Assembly (NCBI GenBank): GCA_964409615.1
Contig: CAYPDT010000001.1
Coordinates: 14,629-78,628, forward strand
Direction of reading: 5' to 3'
Length of the DNA: 64,000 nucleotides
From: an uncultured Candidatus Saccharibacteria bacterium
GTDB taxonomy: Bacteria; Patescibacteriota; Saccharimonadia; Saccharimonadales; AWTP1-31
The notes below the pieces were generated by a model that was given only the letters and a program-made list of their open reading frames with translations, made no database searches and was not told the origin of the DNA. This document shows, in pieces, positions 30,540 to 40,129 of this stretch. Each line of letters starts with the position of its first letter. Position 1 is the first letter of the stretch. The translations under genes were made by a program, and so were the position numbers.

Positions 30540-31190
30540 TTATAAGATGGTCGGTGGTAGTGTGAGGCCAAATAACTTACGAAGTTCCATAAGTTCGTCA
30601 ATATAATCTTGCTGTCGGTTATATGCATCTTGCACGACATCTCCGATAGAACGAAAAATTGGCAAGAATGGTCGATAAGTTTCTGCGCTCGCTGCTTTCG
30701 TGTTAGCGCGACTATCGACGCGTGCTTCAACGGTATCGATATCAACACCTATCTGGCAACCAATACTGTATCGTGGTCCTAATTCTGATCCATAAATTGT
30801 AACAACTCGCTTCTTTGCACCGAGATTGCCAAGATGTGCAATGGTAGACTGCGACGGTATGATGGCAAATGTCCCCAGCTCAGCTTCACCATGCAAGGTG
30901 ACATCCCTACCAATTGTTGTTCCACTACATATCTTTCGAGCATCAGAAGAATGACGTTCAGCGAGGGGGCCAGCACAAACACTGGCACCATCCATTATTA
31001 ATACTTCGTTACCGACCAGTACGTCATTTCCTATAGTGACACCCGCACCGACAACCACTTTTTTATACAAGTCAGCGCCGGCCTCTATTTTGACGCCATT
31101 ATCTAGCATGCAGTCAGCGCCGACCATTGCATCTGGATGAACAACGGCTTCTGGGTGAACATATGTAGATGGGTGAATATTTCGTGACAT
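30540..31190 (-). CDS. hexapeptide-repeat (left-handed beta-helix) protein, transferase-like
   Basis: N-terminal imperfect hexapeptide repeats (VHPEAVVHPDAMVGADCMLDNGVKIEAGA...VTIGNDVLVGNEVLI). The C-terminal ~90 aa are unrelated to the repeats. Confidence 0.6.
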   Translation of the reverse strand: MSRNIHPSTYVHPEAVVHPDAMVGADCMLDNGVKIEAGADLYKKVVVGAGVTIGNDVLVGNEVLIMDGASVCAGPLAERHSSDARKICSGTTIGRDVTLHGEAELGTFAIIPSQSTIAHLGNLGAKKRVVTIYGSELGPRYSIGCQIGVDIDTVEARVDSRANTKAASAETYRPFLPIFRSIGDVVQDAYNRQQDYIDELMELRKLFGLTLPPTIL

Positions 31191-31310
31191 AAAGTGTTAT
31201 TATAGCACTTTTCTTGTACTTTTTCAATGTTATTACTGTTAGTTCATGGGCTGTTCTCTTAATTACGTAATTTATTGCGTTTATGATTTTGTAGCAGTAA
31301 GCTAGTAACC

Positions 31311-31487
31311 ATGGCACGACCAGACAATGACAATACAGAACTAAGAAAACTCAACATGGTAGGCAGTAAGTCATTTGCCGTAAGCATACCGGTTGAGACT
31401 ATTAAACAGTTAGGATGGGTAAAAGGAACCACCCTAATGGTTCGACGTCAAGGCAACAAAATTATCATCGAGAAAGTGGAGGAATAG
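31311..31487 (+). CDS. AbrB/MazE/SpoVT-type DNA-binding protein (58 aa, not in ORF track)
   Basis: Manual translation: MARPDNDNTELRKLNMVGSKSFAVSIPVETIKQLGWVKGTTLMVRRQGNKIIIEKVEE*. This is a swapped-hairpin SpoVT/AbrB pattern. The stop lies 1 nt before the glmS ATG. Confidence 0.6.
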   Translation: MARPDNDNTELRKLNMVGSKSFAVSIPVETIKQLGWVKGTTLMVRRQGNKIIIEKVEE

Positions 31488-31488
31488 T

Positions 31489-33297
31489 ATGTGTGGGATT
31501 ATGGGCTACATTGGTAATCGGCCAGCTAAAGACATTGTGTACACCGGATTAAAGCAGCAAGAATACCGAGGCTACGATTCTGCTGGAATTGCAGTTGTTG
31601 ATACTAAAGTCGGTGTCACAAAAGCCCTTGGCGATACGAGTGGACTCAAACTAAACAAACTCTCTGCGACTGCGCACGCTGGTATTGGGCACACCCGCTG
31701 GGCAACCCACGGAAAGCCATCGGTTGTGAATGCCCACCCTCATATTTTTGGCGATATCATATTAGTACACAACGGTATTATTGAAAACTACGAACAGCTA
31801 AAGCAAGCTATTAACGCTAAGAAACTTCAGAGCCAAACCGATAGCGAAGTGCTAGCTGCTGTAATCGATTTGCACTATCAAAAGCAAAAAGATTTGCTGG
31901 GCGCCGTCCAGGGTGCACTTGCAGAAGTTAAAGGCACGTTCGGCATCTTAGTTATGACGGTAGACAACCCGACTAGCATCATCGCAGCTCGTCGAGGTAG
32001 CCCTGTAGTTATAGGTGTAGATGACGACCAATATTACGTTGCTAGCGACCCAGGAGCGATCATCGACCACACTGATAAAGTTGTGTATCTGGCCGACGAC
32101 CAGGTAGCCCGAATATCGCAAGCTGGGCTAGAGGTATTCGATATGCGGATGCAAGCACAAGATGTGGACATCACCAAGCTTGACGAACTAGACCACAAAG
32201 CAGAACTCGGCAGTTTTAAAAGCTATTTAGAAAAAGAGATCTTTGAACAACCAGAAGCACTAAAAAACACTATGCGCGGACGTGTTGGTGAAGATGGCTC
32301 AATAGTGCTTGGTGGCCCGAATCTAACACTCGACGAAATGCAAAATATACGGGATATCCTTATTATTGGATGCGGCAGTGCATACTATGCAGGCTACTAT
32401 GCTAAGTATCGGCTTGAGGAGATACTAGGTATTCAGGTAAGCGTAGAGCACGCTAGTGAATTTCGCTATCGCTTTGGTGCCTACGACGCCGAACATACCC
32501 TGGCAATATTTATGAGTCAATCTGGCGAGACAGCCGATACACTTGCATCGCTGCAAGAAGCTAAGCGACGCAAAATGATGACCATGGGTATAGTGAACGC
32601 TGTTGGGTCGTCGGTTGCTCGAGATGTTGACCATGGCGGAATTTACCTACATGCCGGAGTAGAAACCTCGGTTGCCAGCACCAAGGCCTTCACCTCTATG
32701 GTAACCGCATTGTTAATGTTCGGCGGCTTTATGGCCAACAAACTTGGCCTCAACCAAACGATTATGCGGAATCTAGCAACCGAACTACGGGCGCTACCTG
32801 ACGAAATTCAAGCTACCCTGCCCCTCAAAGTGCAAATAACCAAAATTGCACAGCAATTACACAACCACCATGACTGGTTCTTTTTGGGTCGCGGCGAGCT
32901 CTACCCAACTGCACTAGAAGGCGCCTTGAAGTTATCTGAAGTGGCCTATATTCATGCGCAAGCCTTTCCATCTGGTGAGATGAAACATGGACCGATATCG
33001 CTGATAGACGACAATCATGTGTCTGTTCTGCTATTGCCCGAAGACGAGTTATTGTACGAAAAGGGTCTGTCCAGCCTGCAAGAAATAAAAGCTCGAGGAG
33101 GCATAGTATTAACCGTTTCAACCCGCTCTAAGCCGAGCGGCAGTGACTACCACATTAGCGTTGCACATCTAGGTCAACACACTGACGGGCTCATCATGAA
33201 CACCTGTTTGCAGCTGCTGGCATTAGAAATTGCCACAAAAAACGGGTGCAATATCGACAAACCGCGAAACTTGGCAAAATCTGTAACAGTCGAATAG
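31489..33297 (+). CDS. glmS: glutamine--fructose-6-phosphate aminotransferase (isomerising)
   Basis: MCGIMGYIG (Cys2 nucleophile), two SIS domains, and a C-terminal KSVTVE. Confidence 0.97.
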   Translation: MCGIMGYIGNRPAKDIVYTGLKQQEYRGYDSAGIAVVDTKVGVTKALGDTSGLKLNKLSATAHAGIGHTRWATHGKPSVVNAHPHIFGDIILVHNGIIENYEQLKQAINAKKLQSQTDSEVLAAVIDLHYQKQKDLLGAVQGALAEVKGTFGILVMTVDNPTSIIAARRGSPVVIGVDDDQYYVASDPGAIIDHTDKVVYLADDQVARISQAGLEVFDMRMQAQDVDITKLDELDHKAELGSFKSYLEKEIFEQPEALKNTMRGRVGEDGSIVLGGPNLTLDEMQNIRDILIIGCGSAYYAGYYAKYRLEEILGIQVSVEHASEFRYRFGAYDAEHTLAIFMSQSGETADTLASLQEAKRRKMMTMGIVNAVGSSVARDVDHGGIYLHAGVETSVASTKAFTSMVTALLMFGGFMANKLGLNQTIMRNLATELRALPDEIQATLPLKVQITKIAQQLHNHHDWFFLGRGELYPTALEGALKLSEVAYIHAQAFPSGEMKHGPISLIDDNHVSVLLLPEDELLYEKGLSSLQEIKARGGIVLTVSTRSKPSGSDYHISVAHLGQHTDGLIMNTCLQLLALEIATKNGCNIDKPRNLAKSVTVE

Positions 33298-33331
33298 TGT
33301 AGTTTGTTTAAAAACTGGCGAATCTTGGAAG

Positions 33332-34072
33332 TTAATTAAGGTTGAAACGTTGTTCCAGGCGCATGATGGGGTCATACCAACCACGCTCCAGAATGCTTGC
33401 CTGTAACGTGCGATCTAGACCAAAAATGACAGCAAGCCCTACGATAATAAAAACAGAACCGATAACCTTGCGGAATATACCGCCAGGATTTGTAAGCCAA
33501 CCAAGTCGCCGTACGAGTGATTGACCAGCAAAAGCTACCAATAACAACGCAGAAGCTAATCCTAAAGCATACAGTATTAAGTATACGAGACCCTTGGCGA
33601 ACGACACGGGCAGAATTGCGGCAACAATCAAAGCATAGGTTGGACTGCAACTACTGAATACTGGGCCAAGTGCAGCACCAATTAATACATCACGAGCTAT
33701 GCCCTTCTGTTTGTAACTGGCACCGAGTAGCCGATTGCTAGCTAGGTGTAAACCTGTTAGCACCATAAATTTTTCCCAAAGGATTGGCGCCAGCAAGTTA
33801 ATGCCGAATAGAACCACAATCAATCCTGAAAGTATATTCCAAAACATTTGGGGGACTCCCAGCAAAGCGGTAGTAGCCTTGAGTAATAACGTAAACAACA
33901 CAACCGACACAGTTAGACCGCCTGCAATTGCTAAGGGGCTCCACCAAACCTTGGTTTTTTTGTCTGTATTACTCGTTAATGTACCTCCCAAAATAACGGG
34001 TAGTAGTGGCAAAATACACGGTGCAGCAACGGTAAGTACACCAGCGATGTAGGCTAAGATTGCTAACCCCAT
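33332..34072 (-). CDS. ccdA: cytochrome c biogenesis CcdA/DsbD-like thiol-disulfide transporter
   Basis: VAAPCILPLLPV and a second Cys in SSCSPTYALIV, with 6 TM helices. Confidence 0.85.
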   Translation of the reverse strand: MGLAILAYIAGVLTVAAPCILPLLPVILGGTLTSNTDKKTKVWWSPLAIAGGLTVSVVLFTLLLKATTALLGVPQMFWNILSGLIVVLFGINLLAPILWEKFMVLTGLHLASNRLLGASYKQKGIARDVLIGAALGPVFSSCSPTYALIVAAILPVSFAKGLVYLILYALGLASALLLVAFAGQSLVRRLGWLTNPGGIFRKVIGSVFIIVGLAVIFGLDRTLQASILERGWYDPIMRLEQRFNLN

Positions 34073-34599
34073 TACAGTAGGTTTTGCCTGACTGCCTGTA
34101 GCGTAGGAGTATCATAAGCTACAAAATCTTTTTGCTTGTTTCCGTTTTCATCGACTAAGACCAAGGTAGTCTGCAGGCGAACACCATATTGCTGGCGCAA
34201 TCCCTGATTGCTGTCATAGTCTATCTTAAAGATAGTCACACCGGCTGGAATTTGATTAGCCAAAATATCTGCTTCGAGAGCTCGGCATTGCGGACACCAT
34301 TTTGCATGAAAATACAGTATTCGCGTGCCCGTAGTTTTTTGAAATTGTTCTGCCGAATAATCAACGTATGTCCCGGTTGCGGGAACAGTTTCGGCAGTTG
34401 GTTGCTGCGGCGCTTGCTCCGACGTCATGCTGGTTTGAGTTTTCTTAGATGAGTCTGCAGTAGTTTTGTTATTAGATTGCTGCATAGTAACAACAGGAGT
34501 GACTGCTTTTTTACCACCGCCAGTAGTGCTCAAATATACCACACCCCCAGTAATTAATACCAAGATACCAATTACGATAAGCTTTAGTGGCTTTTCCAT
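34072..34599 (-). CDS. membrane-anchored thioredoxin-like protein
   Basis: N-terminal TM and a thioredoxin-fold WCPQC motif. 1-nt overlap with the ccdA start. Confidence 0.85.
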   Translation of the reverse strand: MEKPLKLIVIGILVLITGGVVYLSTTGGGKKAVTPVVTMQQSNNKTTADSSKKTQTSMTSEQAPQQPTAETVPATGTYVDYSAEQFQKTTGTRILYFHAKWCPQCRALEADILANQIPAGVTIFKIDYDSNQGLRQQYGVRLQTTLVLVDENGNKQKDFVAYDTPTLQAVRQNLL

Positions 34600-34625
34600 A
34601 CAGTAAGTATACCATTCAGCTATTG

Positions 34626-35474
34626 CTATTCTCCGTCGATTTCTTGGCCGATGATATAGGCTTCTTCACCCACTCGAGCGGCGTAGTGCGGGAAGATAAT
34701 ACATTCACCGCTCTGTGCCGTAAACTCGTCTTCTCCATCTGTTGCTAATACCTGGCCAGAAGTGAGCTTTTGAAAGTCATACATTCCAGGTGTAAGTACA
34801 AACGACGGCGATGTTTTGTTAACAGCCCTTATGGCTTTCACCAATCGCTTTTTCTTCACGGAAACTGGTACCAATTTGTTTGTCATATCGAAAAAGTTTA
34901 AGAACTGATATACCGTTTGGATAGCGAAATCTGTGTATTCCTCGGATAGTTCTAGCGGGCCGCACTCTACACAAATACCAATCTTTCCGTTCTGATACAT
35001 ATAGCCATCGGTACCGCCGGGTTCAACTTGGGTCCAGTTGGTAGAAATTATGTCTACATCGAATCGCTGAGCAATATCTACGGCATTATCTTCACAAATC
35101 ACGAACGGTTTGTTCTTTTTGTCGTAGAACATGTGCAGGTCGAGCAAGGCGTCGCAGCCGTCTAACACCTGCATAAGCTCACGCGCGCGAATGTCTTCGG
35201 CATCGGTACCATCGTTACCAGCATAAAAGCACCTGTTTAGGTTTTTTGTTACCATACGGACATTTGCCTCGATTGCTGGCGGATTAGCAAATGCAAAGTG
35301 CACTGTGCCTTTCGTTATTTTCAGGTCTGGAATCAGCTGTTGCAAAGCATATACCCCAGCGCGCTCATTACCGTGCACGCCAGCAAAAATAGCTACCACC
35401 GGGCCTGGTTGGGGCCCGGTTATAGTTACTATGTCGTTGGTAATTGGTGCTAATCTACGCATTTTTGCCTCCAA
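34626..35474 (-). CDS. succinylglutamate desuccinylase/aspartoacylase family (M14-like) protein
   Basis: AGVHGNERAG zinc-ligand motif and a later DLH. Confidence 0.7.
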   Translation of the reverse strand: MEAKMRRLAPITNDIVTITGPQPGPVVAIFAGVHGNERAGVYALQQLIPDLKITKGTVHFAFANPPAIEANVRMVTKNLNRCFYAGNDGTDAEDIRARELMQVLDGCDALLDLHMFYDKKNKPFVICEDNAVDIAQRFDVDIISTNWTQVEPGGTDGYMYQNGKIGICVECGPLELSEEYTDFAIQTVYQFLNFFDMTNKLVPVSVKKKRLVKAIRAVNKTSPSFVLTPGMYDFQKLTSGQVLATDGEDEFTAQSGECIIFPHYAARVGEEAYIIGQEIDGE

Positions 35475-35964
35475 ATACTACAATTGTATCGCAACAGCCT
35501 GCACTCGGCTTAGCTGGACACTTGGCGCACAGTGTTAAGGCTGATGGTGGGATTGCAGACGCATCCGCTACTACAAAATCTTTTTTGACAAACAACGACA
35601 AGCTAAATTGGTTGCAAAACCCGTATGGCGTTATCGACTCTTCGATAAGCTCAACGGCTGCAAAGCCGACTAGCCCACCACCAATGCCTTGCTTTTGATA
35701 GGTTTTTGGCACCCAAAGTGTTCCAAGCTCACTCATAGCCTGTCCATTCCAGGCTTCGGGATATGAGGCAGATATGTAGCCCGCAAAGTTATCGTCTGCA
35801 AAAGCGACACAACCGAGATATTTATTCCTTACTTCTTCTTGTGTGACTGGAATCATTTGCGGTAACTCACCAGTCATGCCCTGCGTGTAATCTGACACCC
35901 ACAGAGCAACTTCGGCCTGTTGTACAGGGGTAAGCTCCGAAAATATTCTGTATTCTATATTCAT
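35455..35964 (-). CDS. GNAT family N-acetyltransferase
   Basis: Acetyl-CoA motif QKQGIGGGLV. Cys-rich C-terminus CAKCPAKPSAGCC. Confidence 0.7.
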   Translation of the reverse strand: MNIEYRIFSELTPVQQAEVALWVSDYTQGMTGELPQMIPVTQEEVRNKYLGCVAFADDNFAGYISASYPEAWNGQAMSELGTLWVPKTYQKQGIGGGLVGFAAVELIEESITPYGFCNQFSLSLFVKKDFVVADASAIPPSALTLCAKCPAKPSAGCCDTIVVFGGKNA

Positions 35965-35990
35965 TGTAATTCTCCATGTAATTTCTTAAA

Positions 35991-36018
35991 TTTAAAAAGA
36001 CTCCCTGCTATGGGAGTC
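35991..36018 (-). terminator. Rho-independent terminator ending the 40.9->36.1 kb gene run
   Basis: Minus strand: GACTCCC-ATAGCA-GGGAGTC followed by TTTTTAAA. Confidence 0.6.
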
Positions 36019-36127
36019 ATCTGGAGCCTTACAAACTTTCTAACAATTACAAGGACAACTCCCGCAGATACGTGAGTCATGGCGTGCTACAAACTGGGTG
36101 CTTGTAATATTCATAAACGCAATAATA

Positions 36128-37450
36128 CTAGCTAGTCTCTTGCATGTCAAATATGTCTGATTGAATGTACGTGGCGATATTGCGGGCACCGTCCATGGAT
36201 GGAATTGAATCAAGGGGTGCCGGGCCAGCAGTGGCACGAAATGAAATACGCTCCGAAACTCGTCGACTATCAGCTAGCTCTTCCAAAGTAATTTGAGTGA
36301 CTAATCCTTGGTTGTGATATCTTTGCGAGCGATCAATAACGTCTTGCTGCACACCGTTGGTTTGAATTTGAGCCGGTACTACAACTGTTGGAACTCGGGA
36401 TTGCAAACCAGCCAACATACTACTGTAGCCGCTGACTGTCACGAATAGTGCACTATCGACAATTGCTTGCCGGTGGTCGGCAACCGGCATATTGCCTCGC
36501 AGTTCAATGCCGCCCACACGACCTGCAAGCTCGGCAAGTTCGGTTCGCAACTCTGCCGGAAAATCATCGGGAATGCAAACCGTCCAGTCGCGTTCGGCTA
36601 CCGAGGATTCTGCTTTTGCCTCGATAATGCCTCTATAAAATTGGTAATACTGATTCTGTTCGCGTGGAGCCTGACTACTACTGCCACCAGCTGAGACTAG
36701 AACACGCTTTTGTTCGTCGGGAATAGAAGTATCTGGCTCTGGGGTGGCATGGCCAATAAAGTGACCGATATTTCGGAACTTAGATCGAACTTCTTCGTCC
36801 ATGCCATATTGCTGGTAATATTGCTCTAGCACCCCTGGGTCACCCCGCACAAACAAGGCGTCTGCATACCGTCGCATACGGGCGACTTGGTCGTATGGAT
36901 CATTAAATGGAGAGCCGAGCATTATTGCAGGGATATCTCGCGCCAGGGGCGTGACCAAAGCATTGGGAAACATTGACTTAGCTGTATCATGCAAATACTC
37001 AACCTCGGCACCTAATATACACATGCCCACGGGATACATCTCGGGAATTACATGCGACACCTGTAACCCATCCTGCTTGATCCCTTGTAATGTTTGGCTA
37101 ATGATATTACGTCGGGCATGCAAAACAACTGGGTCGTTCATGTATTGCCATAAGGCATAGCTCGGGTCAAAGTCAGAGTGTGCTTCTGCATTTTGACCAG
37201 TTTGACGTTCTGTTGGCAATGAAACCACCTGGATGCTACTGTCGAATCCAAATTCTTGCAATGAGCCAGACCTGTCGGTGGCCATTTCTAAACCCTTGTC
37301 CCCACTCAGAAGCACTTGGTGAACACCAATTTTGGCAACTTCTCGAGTTATTTCAGCAAATCGTTCCAGGTGGCTTGGCGTGTGGGTTGATTCAACCCAA
37401 TGCACTACCGCAAAGTCTTCTGGCGTAGCTCCTGCAGCTTCTATCGCCAT
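36128..37450 (-). CDS. GT-B fold glycosyltransferase-like protein (MurG/GT28-C-like C-terminal half), putative
   Basis: RVLVSAGGSS...VTVSGYSSMLAGLQSRVPTVVVP resembles the nucleotide-sugar-binding half of GT28/GT1 enzymes. The N-terminal half is unassigned. Confidence 0.45.
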   Translation of the reverse strand: MAIEAAGATPEDFAVVHWVESTHTPSHLERFAEITREVAKIGVHQVLLSGDKGLEMATDRSGSLQEFGFDSSIQVVSLPTERQTGQNAEAHSDFDPSYALWQYMNDPVVLHARRNIISQTLQGIKQDGLQVSHVIPEMYPVGMCILGAEVEYLHDTAKSMFPNALVTPLARDIPAIMLGSPFNDPYDQVARMRRYADALFVRGDPGVLEQYYQQYGMDEEVRSKFRNIGHFIGHATPEPDTSIPDEQKRVLVSAGGSSSQAPREQNQYYQFYRGIIEAKAESSVAERDWTVCIPDDFPAELRTELAELAGRVGGIELRGNMPVADHRQAIVDSALFVTVSGYSSMLAGLQSRVPTVVVPAQIQTNGVQQDVIDRSQRYHNQGLVTQITLEELADSRRVSERISFRATAGPAPLDSIPSMDGARNIATYIQSDIFDMQETS

Positions 37451-38538
37451 TCTAATTGGCCCTCTGATATTTGCTCTATGTTGGTATCGGTCAATTCAAA
37501 GTGGACTATCGGCATTGCAGTATTACCTTCTTGATAAACCACCGCGGCGGGTGCTCGCGAGATTCCAACAGATTCTTGATATACTCCAACTGACTCAATC
37601 TCGACAACCGCACGGCGCAATGATTCGGCCAACTGTGGCCGTGAAGCAATTACCTGACTCCAATCTTTTGGCTGATTGTCTAAAGGCGCTTCGTCATTGC
37701 GAATTAATAATCCGACAACATCCTGTAATCGGGCATTAACGCAGACTTCCGACCAAATATCTTGGCAACCGAACTCTTCGCGTATCTCGAGCTCGTGATC
37801 ACGCATTTGCCGCAAGGCATCATAGCCTTTTTGTAAGGTTGATGGAGGAAATGGGTCAATTAGTAAATCACTGGCCCGTGGGCGTGTATCACTTGGGGAT
37901 GGCAGTTGACCAGCCACCAACCGCTCCCAGCGTTTTTCGCTTTTAGGACTAAGCTGGCCAGGATACCAAGAGGTTATTGCTAGTTTTCCAGCCATATTAT
38001 TGCGAACCTGGTCATCTGCAACGAGCAATTCGCGTGCCGGGCAAAATGAGTTGATTACCTCGTATTGCATCATTTCCTGCCAATCTGCGTCACTTGGGAT
38101 ATCTTTTGGTTGCTCGTAAAACAGGGTCCAGGCGTCAGTTGGTGCCGCAAATACTACATCGGGGTTGCGCAGTAATAATCCAGTTGAACCACTCCAAATC
38201 TTGGGCGCGTGGCGAGTAATTGCAGATGTTGCAAGTGTTGCAAAGCCATCGTACAGAACACCGGATGCCGTTCGCGACCGGAAGCCCGTGGGCAACAAAT
38301 AATCAGTGTCGTCGTATGTTGCCGTCAGTTGGTTGGCCATCACTCCCAGTACTGAATGTATTTCTTCAAAGCGGTGGCCTAAACCATCTGGAGTTGCCTC
38401 AGCACCTTTGTGGTCTTCCCACATGTGCACCAGTAAGTTATCTTGATTCGTGCCAAACACAGCCTCTTGGCAGAGGGCGAATGCTTCGCCAGTAGTAGTT
38501 TGAGCGGGTGTTAGTTCAGCCATACAAAACTCATTCAC
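37441..38538 (-). CDS. hypothetical protein (365 aa)
   Basis: Long ORF with a 10-nt overlap with the downstream GT-like gene. No motif recognised. Confidence 0.5.
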   Translation of the reverse strand: MNEFCMAELTPAQTTTGEAFALCQEAVFGTNQDNLLVHMWEDHKGAEATPDGLGHRFEEIHSVLGVMANQLTATYDDTDYLLPTGFRSRTASGVLYDGFATLATSAITRHAPKIWSGSTGLLLRNPDVVFAAPTDAWTLFYEQPKDIPSDADWQEMMQYEVINSFCPARELLVADDQVRNNMAGKLAITSWYPGQLSPKSEKRWERLVAGQLPSPSDTRPRASDLLIDPFPPSTLQKGYDALRQMRDHELEIREEFGCQDIWSEVCVNARLQDVVGLLIRNDEAPLDNQPKDWSQVIASRPQLAESLRRAVVEIESVGVYQESVGISRAPAAVVYQEGNTAMPIVHFELTDTNIEQISEGQLEWR

Positions 38539-38597
38539 CAGTTACATAGTGAAATATATTTTATAACTGTATCAACATTTTGTCAATTTTGTATCTG

Positions 38598-39050
38598 TTA
38601 TTCGTCTTTGAAATCGTCTGGAATAGCATAGGTATTGTCAGTGATGTCATGAGGTTCGGTAATACGCAGATAGTAGCCAAAAGGATCCTCGATGCGAAAG
38701 TCCCATAAACCCCAGGCACGCTTCACAAGCGGGTTCACTATCTTGGCAAAACTCTTAATCTCGTCGTGTAGCTTATGTACATCCTCTACGGTTATAACTA
38801 TTTCAACACCAAAGCCTCGCTTAGTGTCTTTGGGAAAACGATTGAAATAGGATTGATTAAACACTTGGTCATTACCAGGCCAGAAACTCAATATAGTCCC
38901 TGCGCGCTCCATCACTAGGTAATCGCCACTATCACCGTTACTTCGTTGCCAAACTGTTCTAAACCCAAGTTTTCCGTAAAAGTCTAAAACAATGTCGAAA
39001 TCTGGCACGTGCAACTCGACCTGAAGGTGATTATTGGTGTTTTTAGTCAT
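38598..39050 (-). CDS. VOC (glyoxalase/bleomycin-resistance) family protein
   Basis: VELHVPDFDIVLDFYGKLGF...WGLWDFRIEDPFGYYLRI. Start set at MTKNTNN. Confidence 0.7.
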   Translation of the reverse strand: MTKNTNNHLQVELHVPDFDIVLDFYGKLGFRTVWQRSNGDSGDYLVMERAGTILSFWPGNDQVFNQSYFNRFPKDTKRGFGVEIVITVEDVHKLHDEIKSFAKIVNPLVKRAWGLWDFRIEDPFGYYLRITEPHDITDNTYAIPDDFKDE

Positions 39051-39082
39051 GCTTGCATGATAGCAAGGCATGCGTAGTGCGT

Positions 39083-39679
39083 CTATATAAGCAGATTGCC
39101 ATCGAGCATAAGGCCTGCATACTGCTCTGACTGCAGTTGTTGAGCCTCAAACAGTGAACCACAAAATAGTATGGTTCTATCAAGCGGCACATCTCGCTGT
39201 TCAGTCGACGGATAGAGATAGTAATCGGGTTGGTATGTTAGCCCCGGGGCTTCCTCGCTCCTAAAGTATTGCCCCGTAGCTGAGCCCGCTGTGTGAGCGT
39301 ATTCTAAAATATCGTCTTGAGCAGAGATGAACACGGCATTTCTACCAAGCGCTGCTATAAGCTGATCCATCAGCCGTTCGGGGGCACGGTCCAAGTCTAA
39401 ACATTTAAGGTCAACAAGCCACTTAATGCCAGGAAATCGTGTCGCAAAGTCAGTAATAAATGAGTCGTCGACATGATTAACTTCATTGATTCGCTGGGCA
39501 TCTAGCGGATGGCAAAACTTAAAGGTATTTTCTGTAGTAACATAAAAATCTACCTCAATAGTCTTAAATCCTTGGCCAACATAGTACTCCACCTGTTGGA
39601 TTGGAGTCGGCCTGTTAACGGGTGAGTTGCCACGATGTACAACAAAGTTAGTACTACTATTGCTGTTAGTCTTTGGCAT
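39083..39679 (-). CDS. hypothetical protein, weak GDPD/PLC-like phosphodiesterase resemblance
   Basis: VVHRGNS...FKTIEVDFYVTTENTFKFCHP resembles the HRG...E.D...H pattern of the GDPD TIM barrel. Confidence 0.35.
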   Translation of the reverse strand: MPKTNSNSSTNFVVHRGNSPVNRPTPIQQVEYYVGQGFKTIEVDFYVTTENTFKFCHPLDAQRINEVNHVDDSFITDFATRFPGIKWLVDLKCLDLDRAPERLMDQLIAALGRNAVFISAQDDILEYAHTAGSATGQYFRSEEAPGLTYQPDYYLYPSTEQRDVPLDRTILFCGSLFEAQQLQSEQYAGLMLDGNLLI

Positions 39680-39685
39680 AGCGGT

Positions 39686-40129
39686 TCAGTTGCCTACCAT
39701 TAATTGATCAATAATTTTCTGGATACGTCTTTGCTTGGTTTCTTCAGCCTTAGCTTCTGCAACTTGCCGCGCATATTCTTTTCGAGTTGAGTAATTGCAG
39801 TTATCAAAAACTTTTTGTAGTGAGTGTTCGCCTAATGCAATTTGCAGCTCGGCTGGTATTTCGACCAATCGATATCCATCATCTAACTTAAGTGTAACGG
39901 TAATTACATCACCAGCCTTGGCGCCAGCAGCATCACGGTCACGCTGCGGAAAGACAACCATGCATACGCCGTCGACAGCCGTGGCGGTACTCTGATAAGT
40001 GTACCCGTTGACTGTAATCTTGAGGGGAGCTCGCTTATTACCGCCAATTTCTGCCAGGTTATTTTCGGGAATTTCAATCGAGGCATGATTGCCAAAACCG
40101 AGCACGGTCGTTTTATAGGTTGTTTTCAT
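39686..40129 (-). CDS. DUF1905 domain protein (YdeI-like)
   Basis: The pattern TVLGFGNHASIEIP...PLKITVNGYTYQSTATAVDGVCMVVFPQ is typical of DUF1905. Confidence 0.6.
   Translation of the reverse strand: MKTTYKTTVLGFGNHASIEIPENNLAEIGGNKRAPLKITVNGYTYQSTATAVDGVCMVVFPQRDRDAAGAKAGDVITVTLKLDDGYRLVEIPAELQIALGEHSLQKVFDNCNYSTRKEYARQVAEAKAEETKQRRIQKIIDQLMVGN

Noticed and set aside
31191-31488. glmS ribozyme upstream of glmS
   Set aside because: The glmS ATG is 1 nt after the AbrB-type ORF. The remaining 120-nt spacer is AT-rich with none of the ribozyme core helices visible.
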